Shown: piece after piece, positions 18,297 to 27,135 of the stretch
How the letters are laid out: the number at the start of each line of letters is the position of its first letter
Numbering within the stretch: the stretch's first letter is position 1
Assembly (NCBI GenBank): GCA_023061495.1
Contig: GCA_023061495.1_3643.1
Source of the DNA: Escherichia coli
GTDB lineage: Bacteria; Pseudomonadota; Gammaproteobacteria; Enterobacterales; Enterobacteriaceae
Reading direction: 5' to 3' (one strand)
Length of the DNA stretch: 64,000 nt
Translations under genes and position numbers: made by a program
Notes under the pieces: model-generated
What the model saw: only the letters and a program-made list of their open reading frames with translations
Told to the model about the DNA's origin: nothing
Databases searched by the model: none

Positions 18297-18920
18297 ATGA
18301 CCACCGTTAACATTACCACAGGTTACAATTTATCTTTCGACGTGCTGACCGACGAACAAAAAGAAAAAGCCATTGAAATGGTACGCGAAAGAGAAGAACG
18401 CAGCGGGGATGATTTTTTCGCAGAAAATGTAATTGAATACTATAAAGAATATATCTTTCCAGAGTACGGCCTTGAAGATACCGAAGTACATTGGTCCGGC
18501 TTTTGGTGCCAGGGTGACGGCGCGTCAATCAGTGCCGAAAACGTGGATTTAGAAAAATTTTTGCGTAAAGTAAAGGCCCTGACCAAGTTCCGATCAATTC
18601 GTCACTTGTTCGGCACAATGCACGATGGCGAACTATCCGCCAGTGTTGAACGCGACAAGTACAGCCATTACAGCCATGAAAACACTGTAAGCGGGTACAT
18701 TGATACCACCTGGCTAGATCTGACCGCCAAACAAGAAAACAAAGTGGAAGACCTGGAAGAACTGATCACCGAGACGGTACGGGAGCTATCCCGCAAGGTT
18801 TACGTAGACCTGGAACAGGCCTATCTGGAACAGTTCACCGCAGAAAACCTGATCGGCCTTATCGAGGCCAACGACTGGCGGTTTGATGTCGATGAATATG
18901 GTGAGATGACTTTTTCATAA
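18297..18920 (+). CDS. Hypothetical protein (207 aa)
   Basis: RBS ACAGGAGAAAATATC-ATG; ORF track. Confidence 0.6.
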   Translation: MTTVNITTGYNLSFDVLTDEQKEKAIEMVREREERSGDDFFAENVIEYYKEYIFPEYGLEDTEVHWSGFWCQGDGASISAENVDLEKFLRKVKALTKFRSIRHLFGTMHDGELSASVERDKYSHYSHENTVSGYIDTTWLDLTAKQENKVEDLEELITETVRELSRKVYVDLEQAYLEQFTAENLIGLIEANDWRFDVDEYGEMTFS

Positions 18921-19011
18921 ATAAAGTGTTGCAATAATCTAAAAACCTGCTATATTAAAAACTCAAGGGGCAAGACGTTTGCCCCACACACAAAACAAAG
19001 AGGATAACATC

Positions 19012-19392
19012 ATGAAAAACACTACCAAGGCTATTGACACCGTTATGTTTAACCTGGTCACATTCCGTGAAGATATGAAAGATCTTCCGCGTGAAACAGT
19101 GTGCGACCATATCGAAAACTATCGCAAACTAATCAAAGAGTTGCCTTTAAAACGTGATCAATATGCGGCTAACGCCATGCTTAATGCCATGATCAAAAAG
19201 ATGATCCAGTGTGATTTAACCCTGGCCTATGATTATGCGGGTGGTCGTTTTGCAGTATACAATCAGCCCGTGCCCGGTATGAGCACCACCGAAGAATTGC
19301 ACGCGCTCAATCTAAAACAAGACGTGTGGGATAGTATGCCTCGCGTGGTGGTATGGGTAGAAAGCGGAAAGATTTACGGCGATAATTTTTAA
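19012..19392 (+). CDS. Hypothetical protein
   Basis: ATG 19012 after AAAGAGGATAACATC; promoter TTGCAA...TATATT and leader hairpin GGGGCAA-GACG-TTTGCCCC upstream. Confidence 0.6.
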   Translation: MKNTTKAIDTVMFNLVTFREDMKDLPRETVCDHIENYRKLIKELPLKRDQYAANAMLNAMIKKMIQCDLTLAYDYAGGRFAVYNQPVPGMSTTEELHALNLKQDVWDSMPRVVVWVESGKIYGDNF

Positions 19393-19402
19393 TCAGGTAA
19401 CA

Positions 19403-19428
19403 GGCGGCATATTTGCCGCCTTATTGTT
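19403..19428 (+). terminator. Rho-independent terminator
   Basis: GGCGGCA-TATT-TGCCGCC followed by TTATTGTT. Confidence 0.55.
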
Positions 19429-19456
19429 GATCAGAACTGTAAAAGAGGTACATAGA

Positions 19457-19828
19457 ATGGAATTTATTATTTTGGCTATATTGGTTGCCTTGTTTAACGC
19501 CTGGATCGCTGGCAAGATGGGGAGATCCGCCTTTTTATGGTTTATTATATCTATTTTCCTGGGGGTGGTTGCAACTATTGTATTGGTTATCCTTGCAATT
19601 GTTGACAAGGGGAATAATAGAAAGGGTAAAGTATTTTCAGACCTGTACGACGCTCAAACGTTTGTCAACGCCTATTATAGCGATCTTCCAGTCTCCCTAC
19701 GTTGCAGCCTTGCACAACAGGTTTTCGATGAAGCTAAAACCAGAGATCACGCCCATGAGATTTGTTTAACTGAGGCGGATCGCTTATTTGAGAGGAATAG
19801 AAAATATGTGGGCCAACCGTTTAAATAA
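19457..19828 (+). CDS. Hypothetical membrane protein (two predicted TM helices)
   Basis: ATG 19457 after AAAAGAGG; MEFIILAILVALFNAWIAG and FLWFIISIFLGVVATIVLVILAIV. Confidence 0.55.
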   Translation: MEFIILAILVALFNAWIAGKMGRSAFLWFIISIFLGVVATIVLVILAIVDKGNNRKGKVFSDLYDAQTFVNAYYSDLPVSLRCSLAQQVFDEAKTRDHAHEICLTEADRLFERNRKYVGQPFK

Positions 19829-19938
19829 TGCCACGTTAATTAATCCATTTAGTGAAGATTTGAAGCCAGCCGCCTGGCGTGACGGATTCAATAACGAAAG
19901 ATTTACTTTTAGGCCTGATCTTGAGAGGTTTTATAGCA

Positions 19939-20064
19939 ATGGATCGAACAACGGGAGAGATAATTTTTCTTGCGATGTGTGTCGTGATCGGACTACTGGG
20001 GGCCATTGCAAACCACGTAACTGCTAACAGGAGGGAAGGGGGAGACGATGACAACCAAGGATAA
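19939..20064 (+). CDS. Possible small membrane peptide (41 aa)
   Basis: ATG 19939 after GAGAGG; hydrophobic IIFLAMCVVIGLLGAIA; competes with an alternative-frame ORF. Confidence 0.3.
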   Translation: MDRTTGEIIFLAMCVVIGLLGAIANHVTANRREGGDDDNQG

Positions 20065-20170
20065 GCCCCGCACCGATAAGGCGCGCCGTGTTATGGTATG
20101 GCTTGAGATCATCGCCCTTGAAATATTGTTAGGCGTAGGGATGTATTTTATCGCTGTAAGCAACTGATAA
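20048..20170 (+). CDS. Possible small membrane peptide (39 aa)
   Basis: RBS CAGGAGGGAAGGGGGAG before ATG 20048; hydrophobic VMVWLEIIALEILLGVGMYFIAV; terminator follows. Confidence 0.4.
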
Positions 20171-20171
20171 C

Positions 20172-20202
20172 GGCCCCCGATCCCTGGGGGCCTAACTTTT
20201 TT
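20172..20202 (+). terminator. Rho-independent terminator
   Basis: GGCCCCC-GATCCCT-GGGGGCC followed by TAACTTTTTT. Confidence 0.6.
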
Positions 20203-20312
20203 CAAAAAATTTTTCTTCCTGAGTGTTGCAATCCGGTCCAGAATATGGATAATAACAATCAACGGGGAGACACTCCCCACCACACAGACAAAGTTCCAAA
20301 AGGAGAAACAAA

Positions 20313-20513
20313 ATGAGCAACAATATCCGCGTTATTAACTTCAAAAAAGAAGAAAAAATTGCTGTGCTGGTTGATGGTCAAGAAATATTCAAAGGCGACT
20401 ACGAGGACCACCAAGCGGCGATCAGTATTACCCGCGTGATTGGTTATCATAATTTCTACCCTCAAGGCGCTGAGGCAGCAGTAAAACGAATTAAAGAGAT
20501 TGTAGATCTGTAA
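20313..20513 (+). CDS. Hypothetical small protein
   Basis: RBS AAAAGGAGAAACAAA-ATG; promoter and leader hairpin GGGGAG-ACAC-TCCCC upstream. Confidence 0.55.
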   Translation: MSNNIRVINFKKEEKIAVLVDGQEIFKGDYEDHQAAISITRVIGYHNFYPQGAEAAVKRIKEIVDL

Positions 20514-20514
20514 A

Positions 20515-20560
20515 ATTTATTTTTAGATGGCCTTGACTCCAGGGCCATCAATAAAGTAAA
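20515..20560 (+). repeat. Conserved intergenic palindromic element, copy 3
   Basis: Identical core to 16176-16221. Confidence 0.6.
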
Positions 20561-20604
20561 TTTAAACCCTGTTAAAATAATCAGTGCAAAAAGGAGCAAT
20601 GATC

Positions 20605-20904
20605 ATGTTTATACCCGCCAATAATCTCTATTTCTTTGATGGTCAGATCGTAGACGGCGTGGAAGTTGAGATCACTGGATGTCAAGGCGGTCAGGTAATG
20701 ATCTTCCGCAATAGTGCCTTTAACGATCAATTTATTACAATGACTGTGGAAGTTAAAAAACTGGACGATAAGAAAACACTCATTGACTATTCCGTGAAAG
20801 ATTATCCAGACTACCACATGATCTATGGTGATTTGTGCATTGTTGACCGTGACAAGGTAGGCGGCATTGTGATCGCTATTGTGAACGATGTTTTCTCTAA
20901 ATAA
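20605..20904 (+). CDS. Hypothetical protein
   Basis: ATG 20605 with AGGAG 7 nt upstream; track ORF 20584-20904. Confidence 0.55.
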   Translation: MFIPANNLYFFDGQIVDGVEVEITGCQGGQVMIFRNSAFNDQFITMTVEVKKLDDKKTLIDYSVKDYPDYHMIYGDLCIVDRDKVGGIVIAIVNDVFSK

Positions 20905-21125
20905 TTCCGGCAAATGATGCAAAATAAGGCCCCTGGCGGGGCCTGCAGCGATATAATCACATAAAGACTATGCGGTTGCATGGCCTTTATTATTTTGGCG
21001 CTACAGCGGCCCCCAAGGCGCTTAAAAAATTTTTAAAGAAGTACTTGCATCAAGTCCGACAATATGGATAATAGGACGTATCAGGGGGCAACAAGCCCCA
21101 CCAACCACAAAGAGGATAAAAAATC

Positions 21126-21305
21126 ATGGCTATTATTGCAAAGACTGAGATCGTAGGCTTGGATTCTATTCTCCTCGCATATGAGGAAGCTATAGAAATG
21201 TATGTAGTTTCCTATGGTGAATATATCCGTGAATATAAATCTATTGATCTGGCTTTTGAATGTTATATTCGCCAGGTTAATAAAGCGTACGATGATTATC
21301 GTTAA
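21126..21305 (+). CDS. Hypothetical small protein (59 aa, below track cutoff)
   Basis: RBS AAAGAGGATAAAAAATC-ATG; promoter TTGCAT...ATAATA and hairpin GGGGGC-AACAA-GCCCC upstream. Confidence 0.45.
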   Translation: MAIIAKTEIVGLDSILLAYEEAIEMYVVSYGEYIREYKSIDLAFECYIRQVNKAYDDYR

Positions 21306-21395
21306 AACAGTTTGACAACAAACAACCATTTAACAAAGCATAATACATAAGGCGGTGGAATGGTCCGCCACCTGGAACAAGAAGAGGAAAACAAG

Positions 21396-21500
21396 ATGAA
21401 ACAGAAATTAATTGATGCGGTGATCCTGGTTATTGCCCTGGGTATTGGCCTGATTGCAACCATGGCTAATATGATCTTGTCTTCCAACGGTATCGGGTAA
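21396..21500 (+). CDS. Possible small membrane peptide (34 aa)
   Basis: RBS AAGAAGAGGAAAACAAG-ATG; hydrophobic AVILVIALGIGLIATMANMIL; hairpin GGCGGTGG...CCGCCACC upstream. Confidence 0.35.
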   Translation: MKQKLIDAVILVIALGIGLIATMANMILSSNGIG

Positions 21501-21510
21501 GGTGAAACAA

Positions 21511-21726
21511 ATGATCACGAACAAAACAGGCAAAACGGAATTTTTACGCGGCTTGCAAATAGGTAAGCCCGAGATCTGGCATTGCACTAAAACACCACGC
21601 GACGAAATGAAAGACTTTACCGCCACGCTGAAGCGGGTAAAGATATCCATTACGCAGAAAAAAGCCTTGATAGTGGTGGAAGGTGAGATCCCTCAAGCCG
21701 TTGTTATAGTTGAGCGTACAGCATAG
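21511..21726 (+). CDS. Hypothetical small protein
   Basis: ATG 21511 after AAGGTG; ORF track 21502-21726. Confidence 0.45.
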   Translation: MITNKTGKTEFLRGLQIGKPEIWHCTKTPRDEMKDFTATLKRVKISITQKKALIVVEGEIPQAVVIVERTA

Positions 21727-21815
21727 TTTAATCTATACCGTACGCCCCATTAACTAACAAAGCATAAACAGGCGGCGGTAACCGCCTTAAACGCAGCAGA
21801 AAGAGGATAGACAAC

Positions 21816-22100
21816 ATGAAAAAGATGATCGCAGTGGTTGCCCTGGTTATTGGACTTAATGCGCCTGTAATGGCCAAAGAGTTGGCAAAAGAGGTAGATC
21901 TAACTGATATCCATGCCGTCAATCAAATCGGTGTTACTTATCGGTTATGCCTTGCCGCAAAAACTTTCCAGGACGGCACAACAGAGTACTACGGATTCGA
22001 GGGCGTCCGGTGCGGTGAGCTTGCTCGCGACCTTAAAGAAGATCCAGACCTGGAGGATCTGCCGATAACCGTAAACGGGAAAACTTACGTGAACCGTTAA
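21816..22100 (+). CDS. Hypothetical secreted protein (signal peptide)
   Basis: RBS AGAAAGAGGATAGACAAC-ATG; N-terminus MKKMIAVVALVIGLNAPVMA; hairpin GGCGG-CGGTAA-CCGCC in leader. Confidence 0.55.
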   Translation: MKKMIAVVALVIGLNAPVMAKELAKEVDLTDIHAVNQIGVTYRLCLAAKTFQDGTTEYYGFEGVRCGELARDLKEDPDLEDLPITVNGKTYVNR

Positions 22101-22102
22101 CC

Positions 22103-22237
22103 ATGAGAAAGATAATTATTACCATGGGGATCATGGCGGCAATGTTGGCGATCTTTCCCTTTATGGTTAGGTATGTGCTGATTAATGTTGTCCTGGTAGT
22201 AAGCGATCTGGTGTTATATATTAACTCATTGTTTTAG
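22103..22237 (+). CDS. Possible small membrane peptide (44 aa)
   Basis: ATG 22103 overlapping upstream stop region; strongly hydrophobic; no strong RBS. Confidence 0.3.
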   Translation: MRKIIITMGIMAAMLAIFPFMVRYVLINVVLVVSDLVLYINSLF

Positions 22238-22245
22238 GCGCGATA

Positions 22246-22437
22246 ATGACAGCGGAAGAAGTTAAAAAAGTACTGGCGGTACTGCGTTATCATAATCATT
22301 GCAAGGTGAAGAATGATCCTGATTATCTTGATTCATCCCTTGAAGAGGATACACTACAAGCCATAAGCAACATGCAAGAATTGCTTAAGCGTATGACAGA
22401 GAAAAACCGACCGGACTATATAGGCGAAAAAGTATAA
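22246..22437 (+). CDS. Hypothetical small protein
   Basis: ORF track; terminator follows. Confidence 0.45.
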   Translation: MTAEEVKKVLAVLRYHNHCKVKNDPDYLDSSLEEDTLQAISNMQELLKRMTEKNRPDYIGEKV

Positions 22438-22451
22438 TCTTTATAAACCAT

Positions 22452-22483
22452 AAAACAGGGCTTGTAATGGTCCTGTTTTTTGT
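22452..22483 (+). terminator. Rho-independent terminator
   Basis: AACAGG-GCTTGTAATGGT-CCTGTT followed by TTTTTG. Confidence 0.5.
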
Positions 22484-22497
22484 TATACTTGTTTCAC

Positions 22498-22540
22498 GGG
22501 TGGCACCTGGCGACGGGGGGAGACAATCACCGGTGGTGCC
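22498..22540 (-). repeat. Inverted copy of the GC-rich CCGGTGATTGTCTCCC element
   Basis: Reverse complement reads GGCACCACCGGTGATTGTCTCCCCCCGTCGCCAGGTGCC, close to the 14525-14566 copy. Confidence 0.45.
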
Positions 22541-22566
22541 TGTTATATAAAAAACTATAAAAACCG

Positions 22567-22595
22567 TTGACATCTGCCAGGTGGTGGGGTAACAT
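22567..22595 (+). promoter_or_regulatory. Sigma70-like promoter (TTGACA-17-TAACAT) followed by leader hairpin GGGCA-AAAG-TGCCC
   Basis: Hexamers upstream of gene 22650. Confidence 0.5.
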
Positions 22596-22649
22596 TTATC
22601 TTGAAGGGGCAAAAGTGCCCACACAACAACCAGAAGAGAGGAAAACGCC

Positions 22650-22922
22650 GTGTCAAGCTGGATTAACCAAGAAGTCGAATCACGTTTTAATGCTATTTGG
22701 GATCTCATCGAAAAAGAGGACGGAACATCAAGCCCCTACCTTAATAATCTTGAATTCCATTTTGTGGAAGCGATGAACGCAGAACATGATCACGAAGGCG
22801 GCGCGGATGAGTTCGCTAAAGGGTATGGCTTCAACAATGCCAACGAAATGATCGAGGCGGTTGTACTCCAGGCTGAGGAAGATTATCAATTAAAAACACT
22901 TGAATTTTGCCGCCGTAAGTAA
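22650..22922 (+). CDS. Hypothetical acidic protein (GTG start)
   Basis: RBS AGAGAGGAAAACGCC-GTG; ORF track. Confidence 0.5.
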   Translation: MSSWINQEVESRFNAIWDLIEKEDGTSSPYLNNLEFHFVEAMNAEHDHEGGADEFAKGYGFNNANEMIEAVVLQAEEDYQLKTLEFCRRK

Positions 22923-22983
22923 TAAGATAATGACACGGGCCAAAAGGCCAACCAAACCAGAACCCCATAAAGAGGTAAACATC

Positions 22984-23247
22984 ATGAAACGTCTTGATCA
23001 GCTCAAACTAGTTCAGTACATGGCCTACAAAGTTCTTGAAGTTCAAAAAGGTAGCAAAAAAGAGGTTTGCGAGAAAGCATATAAGATCTTTACCCGTAAA
23101 AAAGATGATTGGATGTTACGCCAGACCAAAAAGGCGGACATCTTGGGGTACCTGGAAGAAGAGATCCGGCTTGAAGAACAAGAAGAGATCCGCCGCAGTG
23201 AGGCAGATTATCAGGCAGCTTGGGAAAACTGGATGAGCAACAAATAA
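22984..23247 (+). CDS. Hypothetical small charged protein
   Basis: ATG 22984 after AAAGAGGTAAACATC; leader hairpin GGCC-AAAA-GGCC. Confidence 0.55.
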   Translation: MKRLDQLKLVQYMAYKVLEVQKGSKKEVCEKAYKIFTRKKDDWMLRQTKKADILGYLEEEIRLEEQEEIRRSEADYQAAWENWMSNK

Positions 23248-23314
23248 TACAACAAGTTACGGTCAGGGGGGGTAATAAAGCCCCTTGATCACATAAAAAT
23301 TATGCTATCCCTGG

Positions 23315-23343
23315 TTGACAGGGATCGGCAGTTTTGCTATATT
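23315..23343 (+). promoter_or_regulatory. Sigma70-like promoter (TTGACA-17-TATATT)
   Basis: Hexamers upstream of gene 23393. Confidence 0.55.
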
Positions 23344-23392
23344 CTTTTTTGAAGGGAAGTTGTAAGAAAATTAACTAAGAGGTAAAAACACC

Positions 23393-23812
23393 ATGAACAT
23401 TAAATCTAATAATCCGGCATATAGCTTTGATAACGCTTTTTGTCACGGTCCGGCGGCGAAAGGATTCGAAATCGATGGTAAACTAATTATTGTCAATGTT
23501 GACGGGGAAGAGGTTGCAGTATATCCGGTGGCAGACGTTAAAAGCCGTCTACAATGCCGCATCGATGTTACCGCCTATCAGCTTGATCCGGTCCGCATAG
23601 TTGCCCTGGTCCTGGAAGAAGAAATTAAAGCAATGCACCACAGCAACAAGTTTATTGGTGACGCTCAAGATAATATGAAGGTATGCCGCCATAAAGTTAA
23701 TGAAGTGCTTAAAGAGTACGGTTATAAAGATCTGATGATCAAACGTGAGGAAAAATTCCGCTACCGTAACGACCTAGCAAATCGGATTTTTGAAATATAC
23801 GAATCATTATAA
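23393..23812 (+). CDS. Hypothetical protein
   Basis: RBS AAGAGGTAAAAACACC-ATG; ORF track. Confidence 0.6.
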   Translation: MNIKSNNPAYSFDNAFCHGPAAKGFEIDGKLIIVNVDGEEVAVYPVADVKSRLQCRIDVTAYQLDPVRIVALVLEEEIKAMHHSNKFIGDAQDNMKVCRHKVNEVLKEYGYKDLMIKREEKFRYRNDLANRIFEIYESL

Positions 23813-26410
23813 TTTTTTAACTGAATTATCAAGGGGCTTAGGCCTGTCTGCTCTTCCCCCTACCATAAACGGCCCTACCTGGCAAGTGGAATAATTGACG
23901 GGCCATCAATCCAGCACACTGTACAAATATACATATAAAAATAACTATTGCATAATCTTTCATCTTGTGGTAGCAGGGCCATTTTTACACGTTTTTCCTT
24001 CCAAAAATGCACGTAATGCAACTATTGCACAAAATTTAACCTGATACACATCTTCAGTATACTGTCAACAATTAAAAACACTTATAAGTCATACACTTAC
24101 ACCACCACAAAAGCGTGTCCTACGTGAAAAATCGGGTGTAACTATAGCCGCCAGATCTCAGAATTCACGTACGCACATCATTCTATAGCCTGCAAAGTAT
24201 TTATTCCAACCACAGAATAACGGAATAGTCAATACCTGTACAAAATAATTATTCGTACAAACTGCATAACATAAACCTGCCCAGGTGTCAACATTTTTCG
24301 TAAACAGTCCTAAATTGTCACGATAGGTTACTATAATCAGAGAAATCTTTAGTCGTCTAATGTTTACTGCACATAACTATACTGATTGGAATCATTAGAT
24401 GACTAAGAGAAAGATAAGAAATAGTTAACAATGTAATTGTTTTACCTGTAACAATAAGGCAACTATGCAAACGAATGCCATGGCGCGACGGAGTCGCGAC
24501 ATAATATAAAAGCAGTAACAATCACCCCCGTGATAGTTTGTCTGCAATCTATTAGTCAGATCATAGTTGCCTTGTATTCAGTTAATCATGACATAATAAG
24601 CAAGGCAACTATAGATCTGCTAATAGTTGCCCTGCTTTTATATTATGTCATAGAAACGCCCGAAGGGGTGACCTAGCCACCTGGCATAGCCAGCGAAAGA
24701 TTATTAGCTTGCTAGTTGTAAGCTTGTTGGCTGTTAGCTTGTCAATTGTTAACTTGCTAATTGTTAAACTCGGGAGCATAGCCCTCGTCTCAAGGGTGTT
24801 TTCATGCAAACGAATGTCATGGCTTATCATCTCTGTGTAAACAGTTTGGGCGTAAACAGTCTATGCGTAAATAGTGAGATATGGAATAGTAACAGCCGTT
24901 ATTGTGTCATATTGTGTGACATTGTGTCAAAGGTAAAAGTGTCAAAAGTGACAAAAGTGTATAAGGTGTCAGACAAGTTTTTCTCCTCTTTGTCAAGTGC
25001 TGCATGGAAAATTTACAAACTGGTATGGTAGCATTTTTGCGGCCCTGTTTACATTCAGGAGTGTATGTATAATCCTTGTGGTGTGGGCGTTTAGACGTCT
25101 AGACGGTCAGAAGTCCGCAGGTTAATAACTAATCTATTGGTTGTTAACTATATCCCCCACAAATAATAAGAAATGCAATTGTTATATGCGTAAACAGTAA
25201 CTCATGTTATCAATCCATGTATGTATCGCCAGTGGTGCGCATAATGGGTATTATGTTAAATTGCCCGTAATGATAACGATTCTCACAATGATAAGTATTC
25301 TCATTCGCCCACACAAAATAGCTTGCAAATGTTGTGCCACTGTGTGAACGGCCTCGCCTATTAATTTGCCTCACTGCCCCGATATTTGAGAATTGTTATA
25401 AGAATGAGAAGTATTCCCATTTCGTCCGCCTGGCAGCGCTCCTGTAGGTCAGGTCAAAATCGTGGCAGAACTGGACCCCCCTTCAGATATTTCTGGCTGA
25501 CTCTTCAGGTCTGTGTGGGAAAAGCCAACCTCTCCGGCGGGGCAGGGGGTCTGCAGGAAAAAAATTGCAGGTCAATTAAAAAATTTACGTGGTGTATGAA
25601 GCGCTCTTCAGGTAAGGCAGGTATTATGGGATGAAACCCTCTTCAGGCAATGATATTTGTGGGTGTGATATTTGCTGGAAAGCCAGATATGACGGGACTC
25701 CCGGCGGGGCAGGGGTAGTACAGGCAGGGAAAATGTGGAGAATGTGGTGGGTAAATTGATCAGGCAGGTAGAGTATGGAATATGTTACAGGTATGTTAAA
25801 TATGGAGGTAAGATATTTGTAAGATTTGTGTGTAAAATCAAAGACTTAAGTGGTGTTGTGGTATTTTCTATAAATAATTCAAGTTTAATAGGTAATATTT
25901 GTCTCTATCCACTTTGTGTGGTAACCAGATTCAGATGAAATTGGTTTACAAGTGTATACATAATATACAAATTAAAGATACAAGAAACCCCCCTCCCCCT
26001 TCGGCTACCATTCACCTTTTCCTCTGACTGGTACTTAAACACTTATTCAGACTCTTCAGGTTATCACCCATATACCATATGGCAGTGACTGGTGTCCTCC
26101 GGCCCCTCTTTCGTCACCCGTCCGCTTCGCCATGCTAATGCCATAGCTAACTGTTCGGTTGTTCACCCTGTTCACTCAGGTGTATCTCCATACCCCTTCA
26201 AACCGAAGAGAACAGAAAACCCGAATTACTCGGTAAAAGAAAAGAGAAGAACTTAATTTTATCAGGATAGGCAAGAATGTCAAGGAATGACTGCTCACTA
26301 AACAAGCAAACAGTCATGTGTGGGAGGTAAGTGATTGTGGTGGTAGGAAATTTAGTTGAAAGATGTGTTATAGGTGCTTCCAGCACTTTAGCCGGGCAGC
26401 TAATTGTGTG
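23813..26410. other. 2.6-kb repeat-dense non-coding region at the convergence of + and - strand transcription units
   Basis: No convincing ORF with RBS; multiple families of 10-16 bp tandem or dispersed repeats and palindromes. Confidence 0.6.
24465..24823. repeat. Nested palindrome/iteron unit flanked by 20-bp direct repeats (ATGCAAACGAATG(C/T)CATGGC at 24465-24484 and 24804-24823)
   Basis: 18-bp perfect inverted repeat GACATAATATAAAAGCAG (24498-24515 / 24632-24649); 12-bp inverted repeat ATAGTTGCCTTG/CAAGGCAACTAT (24562-24573 / 24601-24612); three 15-bp AGCTTGT..ATTGTT-type units 24721-24766. Confidence 0.55.
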
Positions 26411-26626
26411 TCAGTCCAGCGGTTCATCCTCTACTTCACTGAAATCAATGTTCATGGTCTCTTCCCAGCCATCGATCTCAGCACAAGAGTGGAGTTCTTT
26501 AGGGTTTACTCCCAAAGCCTCAGCAACAGAGTCCATATTTAACACCTCTGGCAGATAAGATTCATCAAATTCAAGGTAAATCAGGCCACGAGTGTTGTTA
26601 GCTCCACCAAATATTTCTATTTTCAT
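26411..26626 (-). CDS. Hypothetical small acidic protein (MKIE... family)
   Basis: ORF track; N-terminus MKIEIF and acidic C-terminus like neighbouring paralogs. Confidence 0.5.
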   Translation of the reverse strand: MKIEIFGGANNTRGLIYLEFDESYLPEVLNMDSVAEALGVNPKELHSCAEIDGWEETMNIDFSEVEDEPLD

Positions 26627-26745
26627 GAAATCTCCTCTGGAAATGAGAGTGTGAACAGGGTTATACGTTCCAATGCGCAGGAATTATGCTCGTTTGCCTC
26701 TTCAGGCCATGCTTTAGCATGATAAACTTATGTGGGCTCGGTGCT

Positions 26746-27135
26746 TCATAGTCTCCCACCCCTGAACTCTTCGTGCTCAGGCATGATAGAGAACCAGATG
26801 TATACGATGTCCTCCCACGTCAGGTCATCAGCCTCAGGATCCACCTGAGACGAAGATAAAGAATCCTCAGAATTGAAGTTTTCCTCTGTAGTCACTTCTT
26901 CAGATGACTCTTTAGGTGCATGTGTGTTGGTCATGTTCCACCCGTTAGTATTCCGGCAACAGCTGCTATGGACGTAATGATCATCAGGATCACCACTAAA
27001 ACCTCGGATAATGTTTTCATTGCGTATTCCATATTCTCCAAACGATGTGAGGATACTATCACAGGAGCGGTAATGTGTCAACAGAAACGCCGCGAGGGTT
27101 TGGTTAAAATCCGAGCGTATGGTGATTTGGGTCAA
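26746..27135 (-). CDS. Hypothetical acidic protein
   Basis: ORF track; start uncertain. Confidence 0.4.
   Translation of the reverse strand: MTQITIRSDFNQTLAAFLLTHYRSCDSILTSFGEYGIRNENIIRGFSGDPDDHYVHSSCCRNTNGWNMTNTHAPKESSEEVTTEENFNSEDSLSSSQVDPEADDLTWEDIVYIWFSIMPEHEEFRGGRL

Noticed and set aside
19806-20027. Alternative-frame ORF (track 19788-20027, MWANRL...)
   Set aside because: Asn/Arg-rich, overlaps two better-supported small membrane peptide ORFs with stronger RBS; retained only as a possibility
24700-25000. Possible CRISPR array suggested by regularly spaced short repeats
   Set aside because: Repeat units are only 10-15 bp, contiguous without spacers of uniform length, and of several unrelated families; no cas genes
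24648-26558. Track ORFs in the repeat-dense non-coding region (24648-24830, 24804-25031, 25386-25634, 25735-25938, 26198-26386, 26331-26558)
   Set aside because: Low-complexity products generated by tandem repeats, no RBS, inconsistent strands
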